A stretch of DNA of 64,000 bases from Vicinamibacterales bacterium (GCA_965199675.1 CBDATI010000028.1:19205-83204), one strand, 5' to 3'. Positions 9,199 through 18,174 are shown, numbered from the stretch's first letter. Made by a program: numbers and translations. The notes: generated by a model from the sequence alone, not told the origin.

Positions 9199-9487
9199 TC
9201 GTCACCTCCTTGGAAGGGGTGCGGATCGGCCTGAGCAGACGACAGGTCTGTCGAGAGTGACGCGCTGAGGGTAGAGCGGTTGGAGACCTGCCGGCCCAAC
9301 GGATGGGGGTGCCCACCACGAGCCGATCTTTGTATCGAGTCTGTTCCCAGAGTTTATCAGCGCCGGGGCCGAAAGGCAAAGCCCGCTCGGTTCCGCTCTG
9401 TCCCCCCGACGGCCCGGGGCGGGCTATAATCCCGCCCGGCGTCTCGACTCAGTGTCCCGGCGGACATCGGACAGCCACCCGCCAGTC

Positions 9488-10072
9488 ATGGACGGACTCC
9501 GCGACAGTCTCCTGGCCCTGGGAATCCCCGGCCTCTTTCTCATCGCCTTCCTCGACTCGGCCGGCGTTCCCCTCCCCGGCGGCGTCGACGTGGTGGTGCT
9601 GCTGCTCGCCTGGCGGCAGCCCTCGCTGTTCGTCTGGATCGCGCTGGCCGCGTCGGTGGGATCGACGCTGGGGTGCCTGGTGCTCTATCGCATCGGACGC
9701 ACCGGCGGCGAGCGCGCGGTCCGCCGCCTCGACCCCGGAAAGCGTCGGTGGGTCACAGCCAAGGTGCGCGAGAACGACATCGTCGCCATGCTCGTGGCGG
9801 TCCTCGCGCCGCCGCCGTTCCCGGCGAAGGTGTTCATGCTCGTTGCCGGCATCGTCGGCGTGTCGTGGACGCGCTTCGCCGGCGCCGTCTTCGTCGGCCG
9901 CATGATCAGGTTCACCGGCGAGGCGTACCTCGCCGTTCGCCTCGGCGACCGCGCGGTCGAGGCCCTGCAGCAGCACTATCCCACCATCGGTGCGGTGCTG
10001 GCCGCGGCCGTGTTCGTGTTCCTCGCAGTGAAGTGGATGCGGAAGCGCCGGCGGCTGCAGGTCGCAGGCTGA
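9488..10072 (+). CDS. DedA/VTT (SNARE-associated, YqaA-like) family membrane protein
   Basis: MDGLRDSLLALGIPGLFLIAFLDSAGVPLPGGVDVVVLLLA... with multiple TM segments typical of small DedA/YqaA-type proteins. Start is uncertain (GTG 9452 in the track, ATG 9488 preferred). Confidence 0.7.
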   Translation: MDGLRDSLLALGIPGLFLIAFLDSAGVPLPGGVDVVVLLLAWRQPSLFVWIALAASVGSTLGCLVLYRIGRTGGERAVRRLDPGKRRWVTAKVRENDIVAMLVAVLAPPPFPAKVFMLVAGIVGVSWTRFAGAVFVGRMIRFTGEAYLAVRLGDRAVEALQQHYPTIGAVLAAAVFVFLAVKWMRKRRRLQVAG

Positions 10073-10262
10073 ACCGGCGCTTGCGCGGGTGGGCGGACGC
10101 GTCTATGGTTGGCGGTGCGGCGGGTCGCGTGCAAGCCCGGTGCGTCGTTCACCGCTGTCGGGCGCGCCGCCGTCGGGCGCCGTTCGTGCCCGGCCTTGCG
10201 GCAAGGCAAGGCCGGGGCGAGAGGGTGCGGGACCCCGCATCGGCAGGCGCGGGACAAATGAC

Positions 10263-11384
10263 ATGAGCCAATCGAACTACGCCGGACTCCTCGGGCTCGC
10301 TCTCGCGGCGGCCGTCGGCGCAGCCTGCGGCGGCGGGGCGCCCACCGTCGAGGTGCTGCGCGCCCCCGAGGGAGCCAGCCTGCCCCAGGCGGCGGTCGAT
10401 CCCGAAGGGCGTCTGCACCTCATCTACTACACCGGATCGATGAGCAGCGGCGACCTGTGGCACGTCACCCGGGCCGCGGGGGCGGCGGACTGGTCGGCGC
10501 GGCGGCGGGTGAACAGCCGGCCGCACTCGGTCACGGGGCTCGGGCCCGTCGACGGCGGGCAGCTCGCGGTCGGGCCCGACGGCCGCCTCCACGTGACGTG
10601 GTTCCACCGCGACCCCACGTGGTTCCATTACAGCCGCACCGATGAGCAGGGAGCGTTCGAACCCCAGCGGACGCTGTCAGCCCACGAGGAGGGCGGTGTG
10701 GAGGCCGGCTCGACGGTCGCGGTGGACGGCGGCAACGTCTACGTCTTCTGGCATGCCGGTCCGGTCCACGACGCCGACCGCCGCGTCTACCTCGCGGCGT
10801 CTCGCGACAACGGGAAGCACTTCGACCGGCCGCGTCCCGTGGGTCCCGCCGCCGAGGGGGCGTGCGGATGCTGCGGGCTGCGGGCGGCGGCCGACGGGGC
10901 GGGCGCGGTCCACGTGTCGTACCGCGGCGCCGGCGACAACGTGCGCCGCGGCATGCGGCTGCTCACGAGCACCGACGGCGGCCGCACCTTCGACGACCGG
11001 TTGGTCCAGCCCTGGGACATCGGCGCGTGTCCGGTCGCCACCACCACCCTGGCCAGCGGACCGGACGGCGCCCTGGTGGCGTGGGAGACCGAGGGGCAGG
11101 TCTATGCCGCGAACACCGGGCAGCTCGACGAGCCGTGGTCCCCGCCGGGCGAGGCGCAGTTCCGGCGCAAGAACGCGACGGTGGCCGTCAACCATCGCGG
11201 TGATGTCCTGCTCGCGTGGGGGGACGGCCCCGGCTGGCAGTCGGGGGGGAACCTGCACTGGCAGGCGTTCGATGCGCGCGGCCGGCCCCTCGGTGAGACC
11301 GGCCGCGCCCAGGCGCCGATTCCGGCCCGCAGCGTGCCCACGGTGGTCGCGCGGGCCGACGGCTCGTTCGTGATCGTCTACTGA
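10263..11384 (+). CDS. Secreted/lipoprotein BNR (sialidase-like) beta-propeller repeat protein
   Basis: Start moved to ATG 10263 (MSQSNYAGLLGLALAAAVGAACGGG; signal peptide with Cys). Asp-box/BNR motifs SRDNGKHF and STDGGRTF, plus repeated strand-like units (LHLIYY, LHVTWF, VYVFWH, VHVSYR, ALVAWE, VLLAWG). Confidence 0.7.
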   Translation: MSQSNYAGLLGLALAAAVGAACGGGAPTVEVLRAPEGASLPQAAVDPEGRLHLIYYTGSMSSGDLWHVTRAAGAADWSARRRVNSRPHSVTGLGPVDGGQLAVGPDGRLHVTWFHRDPTWFHYSRTDEQGAFEPQRTLSAHEEGGVEAGSTVAVDGGNVYVFWHAGPVHDADRRVYLAASRDNGKHFDRPRPVGPAAEGACGCCGLRAAADGAGAVHVSYRGAGDNVRRGMRLLTSTDGGRTFDDRLVQPWDIGACPVATTTLASGPDGALVAWETEGQVYAANTGQLDEPWSPPGEAQFRRKNATVAVNHRGDVLLAWGDGPGWQSGGNLHWQAFDARGRPLGETGRAQAPIPARSVPTVVARADGSFVIVY

Positions 11385-11622
11385 CGTCCGCATCGGCGGT
11401 CCGCCGTCGAACCGGCGTGCCGCCGGCGCCGTTCCCGATGCGCGAGAAGGACGTCCGCCCCGCACGGATCCGGCCGGCGCCGTCCAGGTGAGTGAGGCGT
11501 ACCGTCCGTCGTGCGGGCCGGGTTCCAGGACACATGGACGACACGGCCATCGGCGATCGGAACGAGCGGGCGCGCCGTCCATTACGTTGCGGGCCGGGTT
11601 CCGGCATGGGAGGAGCAGCACG

Positions 11623-12942
11623 GTGAATCACAGGTTGAATCGGTGGCGGTCGTTCCTGTTCGGACTCGCCGCGGCGGTGGCCCTCGTCGTCGGCTATCAG
11701 TCCCTTCATGTCGCGCCGGCGGCCGCGGTCAGGGCCGAGCGCGATCTCGCGGTCGCCGACCCTGCGTCGGTCGGGGTCTCCGCCGAGCGCCTCGAACGGC
11801 TCGACGCGGGCATGCAGGCGATGGTCGACGACGGAAAGCTCGCGGGCATCGTCACCATGCTGGCGCGGCACGGCAAGGTCGTGTTCACCGACACGGTGGG
11901 GAGGCTCGACGTCGGCAGCGACGACCCGGTCGAGCTCGACTCCATCTTCCGCATCTTCTCGATGACCAAGCCGGTCGTCGGCGCCGCCCTCATGATGCTG
12001 CACGAAGAGGGCCGGTGGCAGCTCGACGACCCGGTGTCGCGGTTCATCCCCGCGTTCGCCGATCTGCAGGTCTATACGGGCGTCGACGGCGACGGCGTCA
12101 TGCAGGTCGAGCCCATCGAGCGCGGGCGGCGCATCACCATGCGCGATCTCATGCGGCACACGGCGGGGCTGGGCTATGTCCTCAACCCGCGCCACCCCGT
12201 GAACCGGGCCATCATCGACGGCCGCGTCCTCGATACCGGGGCCCCGCTCGAGACGATGATCGACAAGCTGGTGCGCATTCCCCTGCTGTCGCAGCCGGGT
12301 GCCGAGTGGGCGTACAGCATCTCGGTCGACGTGCAGGGGTACCTGGTCGAGGTGATCTCCGGCCAGCCGTTGGACGAGTTCCTCCAGGAGCGCATCTTCG
12401 GGCCGCTGGGCATGGTCGACACCGCGTTTCACGTGCCCCCCGGCAAGATGCACCGGCTGGCTGCGCGCCACACGCCGGGTCCCGACGGCAAGCTGATGGC
12501 TCCGCCGGGCGGGGCGCAGGCGCCGAATGCACCGCTCGCGGGGCCGTCCGGGGGCGGCGGACTGTACGGGACGGCGCCCGACTACCTGCGCTTCGCCCAG
12601 ATGCTGCTGAACGGCGGCGAGCTCGGCGGCGTGCGGCTGCTCGCCCCCCGCTCGGTAGAGCTGATGGCCGCCAACCACCTCACCGACGCTCAGCAGGCGA
12701 CCTATCGGCGGCCGGGGCAGGGATGGGGGCTCAACTTCTCGGTGGTGACCGACGGCCCCATGTCGGGCGAGTCGTGGTCCACCGGCTCGTACTACTGGAT
12801 CGGCATCGCGGGGACGTGGTTCTGGGTCGATCCGGCCGAGGACCTGACGTTCGTGGGGATGATCCAGAACAACGGCGGGGCCATCAACGAAGTGCAGCGG
12901 CTGTCGCGCAGCCTCGTGTACCAGGCGGTGGTCGGCGACTGA
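11623..12942 (+). CDS. Serine hydrolase, beta-lactamase (class C / EstB-like) family
   Basis: GTG 11623 with GGGAGGAG upstream. N-terminal TM/signal (WRSFLFGLAAAVALVVG). SxxK active site in IFRIFSMTKPVVGAALMML. Rest is typical beta-lactamase-fold sequence. Confidence 0.85.
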   Translation: MNHRLNRWRSFLFGLAAAVALVVGYQSLHVAPAAAVRAERDLAVADPASVGVSAERLERLDAGMQAMVDDGKLAGIVTMLARHGKVVFTDTVGRLDVGSDDPVELDSIFRIFSMTKPVVGAALMMLHEEGRWQLDDPVSRFIPAFADLQVYTGVDGDGVMQVEPIERGRRITMRDLMRHTAGLGYVLNPRHPVNRAIIDGRVLDTGAPLETMIDKLVRIPLLSQPGAEWAYSISVDVQGYLVEVISGQPLDEFLQERIFGPLGMVDTAFHVPPGKMHRLAARHTPGPDGKLMAPPGGAQAPNAPLAGPSGGGGLYGTAPDYLRFAQMLLNGGELGGVRLLAPRSVELMAANHLTDAQQATYRRPGQGWGLNFSVVTDGPMSGESWSTGSYYWIGIAGTWFWVDPAEDLTFVGMIQNNGGAINEVQRLSRSLVYQAVVGD

Positions 12943-13275
12943 CTCCGCGCTGTACGCCCGGCCCCGGCGGGGACCGCGCGTCGATGCGTCCCGCGGGCCG
13001 GCGGTCGTCGTTCGGCTGAGTGCCGCGCGGGCCCCGCGGCCGGCAGTGCATCAGTTGGAGCCATCGCAGAGTTGCGGCCGGCTCGGCCGGCTGATGATCG
13101 ACGGTATCGACGGCTGAGACCAGCCTCACGCGGGCGGCTCTGGCGCGGTTCGGGTTCTTGCGAAAGACCCCGACCCCGCCCTCGTCCGGCCCATCGCACG
13201 GAGGCGGAAGCAGCACACCCCAGGCCGCAAAGACGAGCACCGAAAGGACTCGATGGTTGTCCGAGCAGTCTGGGT

Positions 13276-13306
13276 CATCGATGTGAGCGAGGTTGTCACA
13301 TCGATG
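13276..13306. promoter_or_regulatory. Inverted repeat (11-bp arms, 9-bp spacer) upstream of the cytochrome/monooxygenase-like gene; candidate operator
   Basis: CATCGATGTGA-gcgaggttg-TCACATCGATG. Each arm contains the self-palindrome CATCGATG. AGGTTGTCA is also repeated directly (13290-13298 and 13312-13320). It lies about 140 bp upstream of ATG 13445 in a 500-bp intergenic region. Confidence 0.3.
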
Positions 13307-13444
13307 GGAACAGGTTGTCAACGGTAAGGGAGGGCGACTCGCGGGGGGCCGGCGCTGGACCCCCGGGGCCGGCCGTGATACAACCGTCAGGCAACGTCAC
13401 ATGAACCCCGCGCCGGCCCGGCGCCAGGGGGCAAGGAGCAAGCC

Positions 13445-14779
13445 ATGCATGCGAAGTCGTACCGGCGGTGGCTCGGCATCGGGGTGCTCGTCGCCCTCGC
13501 AGCCGCGCCCGGACTGGCCGCGGCCAACGAGGCCGACTACCAGCCCACGTTCGCCAAGGACGTCGCGCCGATTCTCCAGCAGAAGTGCCAGGAGTGCCAT
13601 CAGCCGAACTCCATCGCGCCGATGTCGCTGCTGACCTACGGCGAGGTGCGGCCGTGGGCGCGGGCGATCCGCGACCGCGTGGTCTCGCTCGAGATGCCGC
13701 CGTGGCACATCGACCGGACCGTCGGCATCCAGTCGTTCAAGAACGACCGGTCGCTGAACCAGGCGCAGATCGACACCATCGTGCAGTGGGTGGACGGCGG
13801 CGCTCCCCTGGGCGACCGCGCCGACCTTCCGCCCCCCGTCGAGTGGCCCGACCCCGCCGCGTGGCGCCTGTCGGACCGCTTCGGCGAGCCCGACCTCGTC
13901 GTCCCCTCGGCCCCCTACACCGTGCCCGCCGACGGCCAGGACAAGTGGTGGCGGCCGCTGGCCGAGACCGGCCTGACCGAAGAGCGCTGGGTGCAGGCCA
14001 TCGAGATCAAGCCGTCGTTCCCCGGCGGCCGCAAGGTCGTGCACCATGCCATCGCGCGGCTCCTCCAGGAAGAGGAGGGGGTGACGGGCCTGGCCAACAG
14101 CGTGAACTTCGACGACGACATCGGCCCCGGCACGTTCATGGAGTGGGCCGTCGGCAAGGAAGGCGAGATCTTCCCCGACGATGCCGGCAAGCTGATGCTG
14201 CCGGGAGCCCAGATCCAGTGGGACATCCACTACCACGCCATCGGCGAAGAGATCGCCGACGATGTCGTCGAGCTGGGCGTCTACTTCTACGACAAGGGCT
14301 ACACGCCGAAGTACCGGACCATCCTGCACGGCATGCGCGGGCACCAGGGCGGCATCGACATTGCCCCCGGCCAGATCGGCATGAGCCAGGGCTTCACGAT
14401 GCTCAAGGGTCCCGCCCGCCTCGAGAACTACCAGCCGCACATGCACATGCGGGGCAAGGCGATGTCGATGGAGGCGGTGCTGCCCGACGGCTCGCGCCGG
14501 ATGCTCAGCAACGTCGACAACTTCCGGTGGAACTGGCACATCAACTACGTCTACGACGAGGACGTGGCGCCGCTGCTGCCCGGGGGCACGATGATCGTGG
14601 TCACCGCGTGGCATGACAACTCCACCGGCAACCGCGAGAACCCGGACCCGCGCCAGTGGGTCGGCAACGGCTCGCGCACCGTCGACGAGATGGCCCACGC
14701 CTGGGTCGACGTCACCTACCTCGAGCAGGACGAGTACGAGCAGATGCTCGCCGAGCGCGAGGAGCTGGCGAACGACTGA
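13445..14779 (+). CDS. Secreted cytochrome c (PSCyt1-like CxxCH) fused to a copper type II monooxygenase-like (PHM/DBH-like) domain
   Basis: Signal peptide MHAKSYRRWLGIGVLVALAAAPGLAAA. FAKDVAPILQQKCQECHQPNSIAPMSL carries a CxxCH haem motif in the Planctomycete-cytochrome-like context. His clusters VVHHAI, WDIHYHAIG and QPHMHMRGK resemble CuH/CuM ligand sets of copper monooxygenase folds. Confidence 0.75.
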   Translation: MHAKSYRRWLGIGVLVALAAAPGLAAANEADYQPTFAKDVAPILQQKCQECHQPNSIAPMSLLTYGEVRPWARAIRDRVVSLEMPPWHIDRTVGIQSFKNDRSLNQAQIDTIVQWVDGGAPLGDRADLPPPVEWPDPAAWRLSDRFGEPDLVVPSAPYTVPADGQDKWWRPLAETGLTEERWVQAIEIKPSFPGGRKVVHHAIARLLQEEEGVTGLANSVNFDDDIGPGTFMEWAVGKEGEIFPDDAGKLMLPGAQIQWDIHYHAIGEEIADDVVELGVYFYDKGYTPKYRTILHGMRGHQGGIDIAPGQIGMSQGFTMLKGPARLENYQPHMHMRGKAMSMEAVLPDGSRRMLSNVDNFRWNWHINYVYDEDVAPLLPGGTMIVVTAWHDNSTGNRENPDPRQWVGNGSRTVDEMAHAWVDVTYLEQDEYEQMLAEREELAND

Positions 14780-14821
14780 CCAGGCGGGATCTCCGCCGCA
14801 GAAGCGGCGCCGTGTCTCGCT

Positions 14822-14851
14822 CGCGGAGTCCACCGATCGGTGGACCCCGCG
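14822..14851. terminator. 30-bp near-perfect palindrome / stem-loop downstream of the monooxygenase-like gene
   Basis: CGCGGAGTCCACC-GATC-GGTGGACCCCGCG (13-bp stem with one mismatch, GATC loop), 43 nt after the stop at 14779. No U-tract, which is common in high-GC genomes. Confidence 0.4.
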
Positions 14852-15280
14852 AGCGGCGGTCGTCTCCGTCGAGCGGCGGCCGACCCCCGAGCGGCGCCAC
14901 CGGCGACCTGTTCGACGCCGCCTTCGAGCGGCGCTTCGTCGAGGATGACGAGGATGGTGTCGACCTTGCCGACCACATAGGCGAGAAAGGCGAGGTCGTC
15001 GTCGGTCCCGCTGCTCAAGGCGCTCGGCATGCCCTCGACCCCGAGATTCGCCTGCCCTGAAGTGCGGCGCAGATGGCGCCAGCGGGACGGGCGGCCGCCG
15101 GCGTCACACGCCGGGGCGCGACGCCGCCGGACGACGTGAGCCCTCTCGTTGGCCGGCGAACCGGGCGCCCGCCGGCGTTACCCGCCGGGCGGGGCACGAC
15201 GGGCGCCAAGCGTCACCCGCCGGCCGGCGCGTTCCCCGGATGGCGAGGCGGCGCGTCGTCCAGGCCTAGTTGGCGGCGGC

Positions 15281-15448
15281 TCACACCCGCGTCGTGTGGG
15301 TCTGGTGCAATCCCGCCGCGTTGACATGAGCGCGCACATCGGCCTGCAACGCCTGGAGCCCGCCGGCCAGCCGTTCGAGACGAAGCGCGATCCACAGCAC
15401 GCCGACGGCTGAGACCAGCGACGTGACATCGGTGACGGATACGTCCAC
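15281..15448 (-). CDS. Possible small membrane protein (55 aa)
   Basis: GTG 15448 preceded by AAAGGA (5-nt spacer). VDVSVTDVTSLVSAVGVLWIALRLERLAGGLQALQADVRAHVNAAGLHQTHTTRV has one hydrophobic helix and then an amphipathic helix. No recognisable family. Weak call. Confidence 0.25.
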   Translation of the reverse strand: MDVSVTDVTSLVSAVGVLWIALRLERLAGGLQALQADVRAHVNAAGLHQTHTTRV

Positions 15449-15643
15449 GGGAGTCCTTTCTTCGGCCTCTGAGGGCGACCGGGGGGCAGCCGCAAATCCG
15501 GTCACGACGGCGACGCCGGCCAGCCCCAATGAAGGTCGGTTCGAGGCGGCCCGTCCACGCGCCCGCACCCGCACCCCACCCTTCCGAATTATCACGGCTC
15601 CGCCCGCAGAATCGCAACGGCTGGCCGACGGGGAGGACGTTCC

Positions 15644-15889
15644 ATGACCTGGCGCGATCACATCGCCGTCGATCCGCACATCTGGCACGGCAAGGCGTGC
15701 GTTCGCGGGACACGGGTCCTCGTCACCGTCATCCTCGACAACCTCGCCGCGGGTGAGTCGGCGGCCGCAGTCGCGGAGGCGTATCACGCGCACGCTCGAC
15801 GAGTTGACCCGAGCGCACCGTGGACGGCCAGCTCTGGATTGTGGACGAGCGGCGGGTTCGCGTGCGTGGGCCGGAAGCGTCATCTGTAG
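15644..15889 (+). CDS. DUF433 domain protein (antitoxin-like), C-terminus atypical
   Basis: GGGGAGGA SD 6 nt upstream of the ATG. MTWRDHIAVDPHIWHGKACVRGTRVLVTVILDNLAAGESAAAVAEAY matches the DUF433 core (dP.i..GkP.i.GTRi.V..il..la.G). After AEAY the sequence no longer follows the family consensus. Confidence 0.65.
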   Translation: MTWRDHIAVDPHIWHGKACVRGTRVLVTVILDNLAAGESAAAVAEAYHAHARRVDPSAPWTASSGLWTSGGFACVGRKRHL

Positions 15890-15944
15890 CCTTCCCGCGG
15901 GCGAGGAGGCGATCGATGACCGTACCAGGGCAGCGGCCGATGAT

Positions 15945-16457
15945 TCAGGTCGATGGGGCGCTGCGGTCGAGCGCGGCGAGGAAGAGGCCGATCACGCGGT
16001 CGTTGATGTGCAACGGGTTCGACACCTGCATCCGGCGCGCGATAGCGGCGGCGCGCTGACGGGTCAGCACGCCGCCCGCGACCAGATCGACCATCAGTCC
16101 GAGACCATATCGTGTCTCCACGCCGTGCCGTTCGCAGAGGCGCCGAAGCGCGCGATCGTTCGTGACGCAGGTCCACCCCTCTGCGCCGCAGACGACCAGA
16201 CAGAGGCGGTCGTTGAATGAGACGCTTGACTCTATCGCGGCTGCCTGCAGCATGCGCTCGGTCTCGACGTCGACGACCGCGATACCGAGTTCGGCACACG
16301 CCGCAGCAGTGACACCGCGCACCTCATCGAGCACCGACGGAATGATGACCACCTTCCCAACGTGCCGGCCCACGAGTTCCAACACCGACAACTCCGACTC
16401 CCGATAGTCGATGAGCACGTCGGCGTCAGCCAACAGAACGGTGCGGACGGCCGGCAT
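15945..16457 (-). CDS. PIN-like domain protein (putative nuclease/toxin partner of the upstream HTH-peptidase gene)
   Basis: 170 aa. VLLADADVLIDY (first acidic motif), IIPSVLDEV, SFNDRLCLVV, CVTNDRALRRLCERHGV are spaced as in PIN-like folds (COG2405/DUF3368-type by eye). It starts 6 bp after the stop of the 16464-17600 gene. Confidence 0.7.
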   Translation of the reverse strand: MPAVRTVLLADADVLIDYRESELSVLELVGRHVGKVVIIPSVLDEVRGVTAAACAELGIAVVDVETERMLQAAAIESSVSFNDRLCLVVCGAEGWTCVTNDRALRRLCERHGVETRYGLGLMVDLVAGGVLTRQRAAAIARRMQVSNPLHINDRVIGLFLAALDRSAPST

Positions 16458-16463
16458 CCCGCG

Positions 16464-17600
16464 TCAGCCCGTCCAGGTTCGCGCCAGGGTCCGCATCTCG
16501 TCGCGCGTGACGCGCAGGATCTCCGCAGCGCGGCCTAGCGAGATCCGTTCCGCCTCGACCGCCTGTCGAACGAGCCGTGACAGGCGATCCTCCACGAAGT
16601 CGTGACGCGAAAGCCCTGCCGGTTCCCCGGCGCGATTCCAGTTCCACGCGAACTCGCTCGTCTGCAGCGGCTCGGGTTCGTCCGCCTTCTGCAGGGTCCG
16701 GCCGAAGCGGGTGCGGTGCTGGCTCTGGAACAGCGGCCACACGTCGGCCGTCTCACGCCGCGTCGCGACGAGGCGGTAAAGCACGGTCTGGTAGCTGACC
16801 CGGAAGATGCGCTTGATCTTGAGAACACGCACCAGCAGCGGGTGTCCACTCGTTCCGTTCCAGGCCGCCAGGAACGCCGCCTCCGGCATCAGGAACTCGC
16901 TGGCGAAGATGTCTGCTTCGCGTTCGGTCTGCTTCGGAAGCTCGGTGGCTTCGCGCCGGTATTCCGCCGGGTGCAGCAGCAGGTGCCCGAGCTCATGGGC
17001 TGCGGTGAAGATCCAGCGCTCCACCGAGATCCGCTCCCATGTGTTCACCACGACCGCCGGACCGCCGTCCACCTCCCCGACGCTCAGTCCGAAGAACGAG
17101 TCGCGCCGCGTGTCGAGCAGCAGCACCTTGACCCCGTTCTCCTCCAGCAGCCCGCAGATGTCTCGAACCGGCTGATCGCCACGCATATCGACGGACCGGC
17201 GCGCCGCTCGCGCCGTCGCCGCTGGATCCCGCGGCCGATGCGCCGCCACCTCCCGGAACCGGAAGGGCGCACGCGCGTCGAGCGCCTCCTCCAGCCCGGC
17301 GTAGGCCTCCAGCCACCTGGACACCTCGGCCAGAATCTGCTCGCGCGCATGCACCCGTGCCCGCGCCCGGAACCGCACGCTCTCCAGCGGTCGGACTGGC
17401 GTGACGAGTTCCCCGACCGGCACTGCCAGTGCGGTCGCCAAACCGGCAAGCGTACGCGCCCGCGGCACAACCACCGCACGTTCGATCTTCCCTACCGCCA
17501 CCCGGGACAGCCCCGCTCTGGCCCCGAGAGCCGCCTGCGTCAGCCCGCGGTCCGCCCGCAACCGCGCAACGTTCGCCGCGATGATCGCGCCCTCCGCCAT
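16464..17600 (-). CDS. XRE-family HTH fused to ImmA/IrrE (COG2856, DUF955) zinc metallopeptidase
   Basis: Start moved to ATG 17600 (GGAAGGAGA SD). MAEGAIIAANVARLRADRGLTQAALGARAGLSRVAVGKIER is an XRE HTH. FTAAHELGHLLLH (HEXXH) plus EREADIFASEFLMPE is the ImmA/IrrE peptidase core. Confidence 0.85.
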   Translation of the reverse strand: MAEGAIIAANVARLRADRGLTQAALGARAGLSRVAVGKIERAVVVPRARTLAGLATALAVPVGELVTPVRPLESVRFRARARVHAREQILAEVSRWLEAYAGLEEALDARAPFRFREVAAHRPRDPAATARAARRSVDMRGDQPVRDICGLLEENGVKVLLLDTRRDSFFGLSVGEVDGGPAVVVNTWERISVERWIFTAAHELGHLLLHPAEYRREATELPKQTEREADIFASEFLMPEAAFLAAWNGTSGHPLLVRVLKIKRIFRVSYQTVLYRLVATRRETADVWPLFQSQHRTRFGRTLQKADEPEPLQTSEFAWNWNRAGEPAGLSRHDFVEDRLSRLVRQAVEAERISLGRAAEILRVTRDEMRTLARTWTG

Positions 17601-17886
17601 GCGTTCTCCTTCCCCCTTGACGCGGGTCGTCTGAGTAGCATTTATACGGACATTGCAACAAGGATACCTCGAAGAACAACTCAAGCACGATCCTCCCTGC
17701 CCGGTGGCGGAACGCCCGACAAGTGTCGATTCCTGACCGGCGGCGACACCGAGGTCGCCATCTGGGAGCGGCTCTGGAAGCGCCACCAGCGTCGCACGGA
17801 CGCGCCGCGCTCTCGCAGGCTCTGAGACGACCGATCGGCGCGTTACCGACAAGCTCGAGGGTCAGGCACCGGGAGTTGATATATCG

Positions 17887-17913
17887 CCTTACCTGCGGCA
17901 AACTTCCGTAAGG
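17887..17913. promoter_or_regulatory. Inverted repeat CCTTAC-N15-GTAAGG just upstream of vapB; candidate autoregulatory operator
   Basis: The repeat lies in the lower-GC divergent intergenic region, 19 nt upstream of ATG 17932. A TTGATA hexamer lies immediately upstream (17874-17879). Confidence 0.25.
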
Positions 17914-17931
17914 CACTCGGAGTCCTGACCC

Positions 17932-18174
17932 ATGCTCATCAAGATCACGTCGAAGCGTCAGGTGACCTTCCCCAAGCGCGTGCTGGATGCGATGGGCGTG
18001 CGACCCGGCGACCGGCTCTCGCTCGAAGAGGGCGCTGACGGTTTCCTGCTCCGTCCCCAGCGCATCGATCTCGCCAAGTTGGCGCCGGTGCGGGACAAGA
18101 TCCAGCGGGGCCGCGGCACGTTCGACCTCCAGTCCTTCCGGAACGAGCCCCATGACCCAGCACTTCGGGATTGA
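17932..18174 (+). CDS. vapB: AbrB/SpoVT-type antitoxin (VapB/MazE-like)
   Basis: MLIKITSKRQVTFPKRVLDAMGVRPGDRLSLEEGADGFLLRP is a SpoVT-AbrB looped-hinge-helix motif (kgQvTiPk.vr..lg..pGd.l). It overlaps the following PIN gene by 23 nt. Confidence 0.8.
   Translation: MLIKITSKRQVTFPKRVLDAMGVRPGDRLSLEEGADGFLLRPQRIDLAKLAPVRDKIQRGRGTFDLQSFRNEPHDPALRD

Noticed and set aside
9405-9445. Perfect TATAAT hexamer (9433-9438; GGGCTATAATCCCGCCC) upstream of the DedA-like gene
   Set aside because: It sits in the loop of a GC hairpin (CCGGGGCGGG/CCCGCCCGG), and the -35 position reads CCCCCC. It is not convincing as a promoter.
12884-13321. 145-aa minus-strand ORF in the 500-bp intergenic region, with a signal-peptide-like stretch VLSVLVFAAWGVLLPPPC
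   Set aside because: Third-position GC is clearly lower than in real genes here. It overlaps the 3' end of the hydrolase gene, has no SD and has no recognisable family. Kept only as a remote possibility.
14890-15030. Short minus-strand segment with strong coding-like GC3 (MPSALSSGTDDDDLAFLAYVVGKVDTILVILDEAPLEGGVEQV)
   Set aside because: The coding signal lasts only ~45 codons. After that the frame degenerates into Arg/Ala-rich sequence that runs through the terminator palindrome and into the antisense of the upstream gene. It is probably a gene fragment, but I cannot identify the family.
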